The notes beneath the pieces were generated by a model. The model searched no databases. It saw nothing but the letters and a program-made list of their open reading frames with translations, and had not been told where the DNA came from. DNA of 61,916 nucleotides from Nemertoderma westbladi (lineage: Eukaryota > Animalia > Xenacoelomorpha): NCBI GenBank assembly GCA_032718475.1, contig JAUCBJ010007519.1:1-61916 (forward strand), read 5' to 3'. A program made the position numbers and the translations under genes. Positions within the stretch are counted from its first letter, which is position 1; each line of letters starts with the position of its first letter. Shown here in pieces: positions 59,161 to 61,916 of the stretch.

Positions 59161-60279
59161 TTGAACCATGATGTTGTTTGTTACCATGATGCCGAATTTT
59201 AAATTTAGACTTTAAATTAGACGTTTTAAAAATGTGTCTTTTGCGAAACTACAATCTTCGCATCAGCGCCATTTTCATATCATTAGAGAGCTTACGTTGC
59301 CAGGATTCCAACGTAACAATGTTTGAATTTCTTTTGAGAAACAGCTGAGATAGGCGTTAAAATATTGCAAGAATTATCGTTCGATGGAGACCAATCATTA
59401 CCGGTATATATAGTAAATACACAACATTCTAGAACGTATTATTTATCTCATGAGTAAATGGGCAACCACGGTATGCCTACGCATTACCTCTTGTTACGTA
59501 GCTACTAGCTACACATACATGAGCAAAGTGTGTATTTAGTCTCAGCCGTTTTTCACGAATTTTAAACATTGTTACATATATTTGGAATCCTGGCAACGTA
59601 ATCTTTCTAATGATATAATTAAATCCCGGTTAATGTGAAGATACGATGCGGAGTGTGCAATTTCGCAAAATACACTTTTTTTTAAAACGCTTTTAAAAAA
59701 TTTAAAATTTCGGCTTCATGGTAACATCGACGTTGAGTTGAACTACACCATATTCCTTAACAACAACCATTTTATTTATTTCAAATTTCAATCAAATATT
59801 ACGAAATTCGCTATAAATATAGCTCGATAACTATTCTTACTACTGGCAGGGCCGGATTTTTTGAATTTCTAAGCTATTTTGATTCGACTAACATTTACCC
59901 CCCATTGCTGTTACTACTGACGGTGTTTGGGGCCGCGAAGGGAGTCAAGAGCCACTTTATCCATCATCTGGCGTCACACTTTGCTTCCAAGGAAGGGTGG
60001 AGCGAGAACAACCCCCTGGAATCGTTCTTGGGTGGATCAGGGATCGTTTGTCAATAGCTCTATTGTGGGTAGTTTAGGTCTGTGTCTCAGGGGTGGAAGA
60101 CGGTCCGTTAGCTTAGACTTGAGGATGCAGCCTGGGTTTGGTAGGCGGATTAGGTTAGGTTAGGAACAATGCGATTCTAGGAGGAGCTTTATTTAAATTT
60201 GTTTGTGGACTAAATAACATGGCGTACGTGGTGGTGGGATAGTGATTTGTGCTATAAGAATATATTATATTATTGATTT

Positions 60280-60810
60280 TGATACAACAAGACGTTAAAA
60301 ATCTCTATTTGGCAATATTAACCAACTTCAGTCGGCTTTATTTTTTGCTTCGAATCTGAAAAGCGTCCAAAAAAGAAAAGCGTTCAATTTCAGCAATAAC
60401 ATTTTGACACGTAAATCGCTGTAATTCTATTTATTTTTTACTCAATTCTAGAATATTAATAACGCGTAATGAAGAAACATGTTCGGTGTTTTAAACGTTC
60501 AGCTAAAGAATAATTAATATTCTAGAATAAAGACAAAAAACATTATAATTAAATCGATTTACGTCTCAAAATTTCCAACGTAGTATTTTGATAATTGTAG
60601 CTAAACCAGGGTGCTGCAATAAAAGTTGCAACGTGGGGGGGGGGGGGGGGGGGGGGGGATGCAATAAAATAATATCTGTGCCAATTTTGAGTGAAAATTG
60701 AAGCGGTTTTCAGATTCAGAATCTGCAGATATTACATTCTAAAGCCTAAAGCCAACAGAGATAGTTCAATATTGCGAAACGGTCATTTTTCATCGGCATG
60801 TTGTAGCTAC
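60280..60810. mobile_element. Degenerate palindromic MITE-like element
   Basis: Mirror pairs attctagaatattaat/attaatattctagaat, tttgacacgtaaatcg/cgatttacgtctcaaa, gaatctgaaaa/ttttcagattc. Confidence 0.55.
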
Positions 60811-61359
60811 CGGTACGTTTGTACAAAATTGAAACTATCTTTATACCGAACTTCGTAGCACTTAATAAACTTTAGGGGGGTCCCTGTCATCGGAATATGA
60901 CCCTATATATATCACCGGTCATGGTGTAGCCTAAGTTAAGTAAAAGTTGTACCGGTACGTTTCAAACTTGATAATGCGAGGGGGGGTGGCTATTGGTGCA
61001 AATCTCATCTCGGCAAATAAATTTCTCGTCTCGCTTGTCTTTAATTTTGAATTAGTTAAGATAAAGGAGTAGGTTCAAGTGTTACATAGGGAGTCATAGA
61101 TTACACGAGGGAATTGTAATTGTGTCTTCGCATTTTCGTTGATATGCCGCAATATTATTCTTAATGCGTTGCAGCATGTCGATTGGGGAGGCATTTTCTA
61201 GAAGTGGAATTCTTATATAATTTTATTTCTGAATCCTGTTTCAGGGTTTGAAGACGTCTTAGGTGGTTTATTTGGCGGGCACGGTGGATTAGGTGGCGGT
61301 TTATTTGGATTCCCTTTTGGTGGCGGCCCAAGTAGAAGACGAAAGGGGGAAGATACAAT

Positions 61360-61612
61360 GCATCATTTAAGGTGAGTCCCAATATGGAAGATACATTACA
61401 TCCATTTAGGTGAGTCCCATTATGGAAGATACATTACATCCATTTAGGTGAGTCCCATTATGGAAGATACATTACATCCATTTAGGTGAGTCCCATTATG
61501 GAAGATACATTACATCCATTTAGGTGAGTCCCATTATGGAAGATACATTGCATCCATTAAGGTGAGACCCAATATGGAAGATGCATTGCATCCATTAAGG
61601 TGAGTCCCAATA
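61360..61612. repeat. 38-bp minisatellite (~6.5 copies)
   Basis: ttaggtgagtcccattatggaagatacattacatccat. Confidence 0.9.
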
Positions 61613-61916
61613 TATTGTTTCTTTATTTCACCTAGAGTAGAATTTAATGAGGATTACAAATCTGAAAACCGCTTAGTGAGACCTCTTTCAGTTCTCGAGT
61701 TATCACTGTTTTTCTGTATGACGGTATGTCCGTCAAATTGTAAGAAAGACAGAAGACCGACAGACAGATAGACTAGATTCCACCAAAAATTAAAACTGAC
61801 ATCGGAAATGAAATCAGCGACCCCAAAAACCCCAGTAATGAACATTTTAGCTCGTTGGTGTGCATCCTTCGTGCCAGAAATAATTCACCTACCAGAACAC
61901 AGACAGCCAATTTTGG
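61599..61916. mobile_element. End of a second Kolobok-like element related to 55347-57982, inverted; runs off the window
   Basis: 61615-61720 is the inverted homologue of ~57840-57945; preceded by ttaa-gg. Confidence 0.6.

Larger units (their letters stand above)
54593..59745. mobile_element. Palindromic MITE (~600 bp net) whose left end is split by the CR1 insertion
   Basis: tagttcaactca (54593-54604) / tgagttgaacta (59734-59745); body 59166-59745 is a long imperfect palindrome. Confidence 0.72.

Overview
Repeat-rich, AT-rich eukaryotic (probably invertebrate animal) DNA. Host genes: an intronless SDR16C-type dehydrogenase (1389-2333), an internally deleted G2E3-like HECT gene (48225-46473, minus) and the first two exons of a DNAJA2-like gene (53464-54422; missed by the ORF track). 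About 16 kb is a 43-bp satellite with multi-kb higher-order duplications. It abuts the 5' end of an RTE retrotransposon and is interrupted by a 5'-truncated RTE and two related, convergent, non-autonomous BEL/Pao LTR elements (A 6633-16326, B 30788-43216). Both elements keep Gag (B also protease) but have lost RT, RNase H and integrase. Main discovery: neither LTR element has a tRNA primer-binding site. Instead, the 12-15 nt directly after the 5' LTR are perfectly complementary to a motif inside the element's own LTR about 735 nt upstream of the LTR end. The pairing stops exactly at the LTR edge and is kept by compensatory substitutions between A and B. This is the signature of tRNA-independent self-priming, known from Tf1/sushi-type Ty3/gypsy elements and, as far as I know, not from BEL/Pao. 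The right third holds Helentron/HINE-like, foldback and MITE elements and a nested stack (MITE > CR1 > Kolobok-like > 154-bp array) in the DNAJA2 intron. All alignments and coordinates were done by eye.
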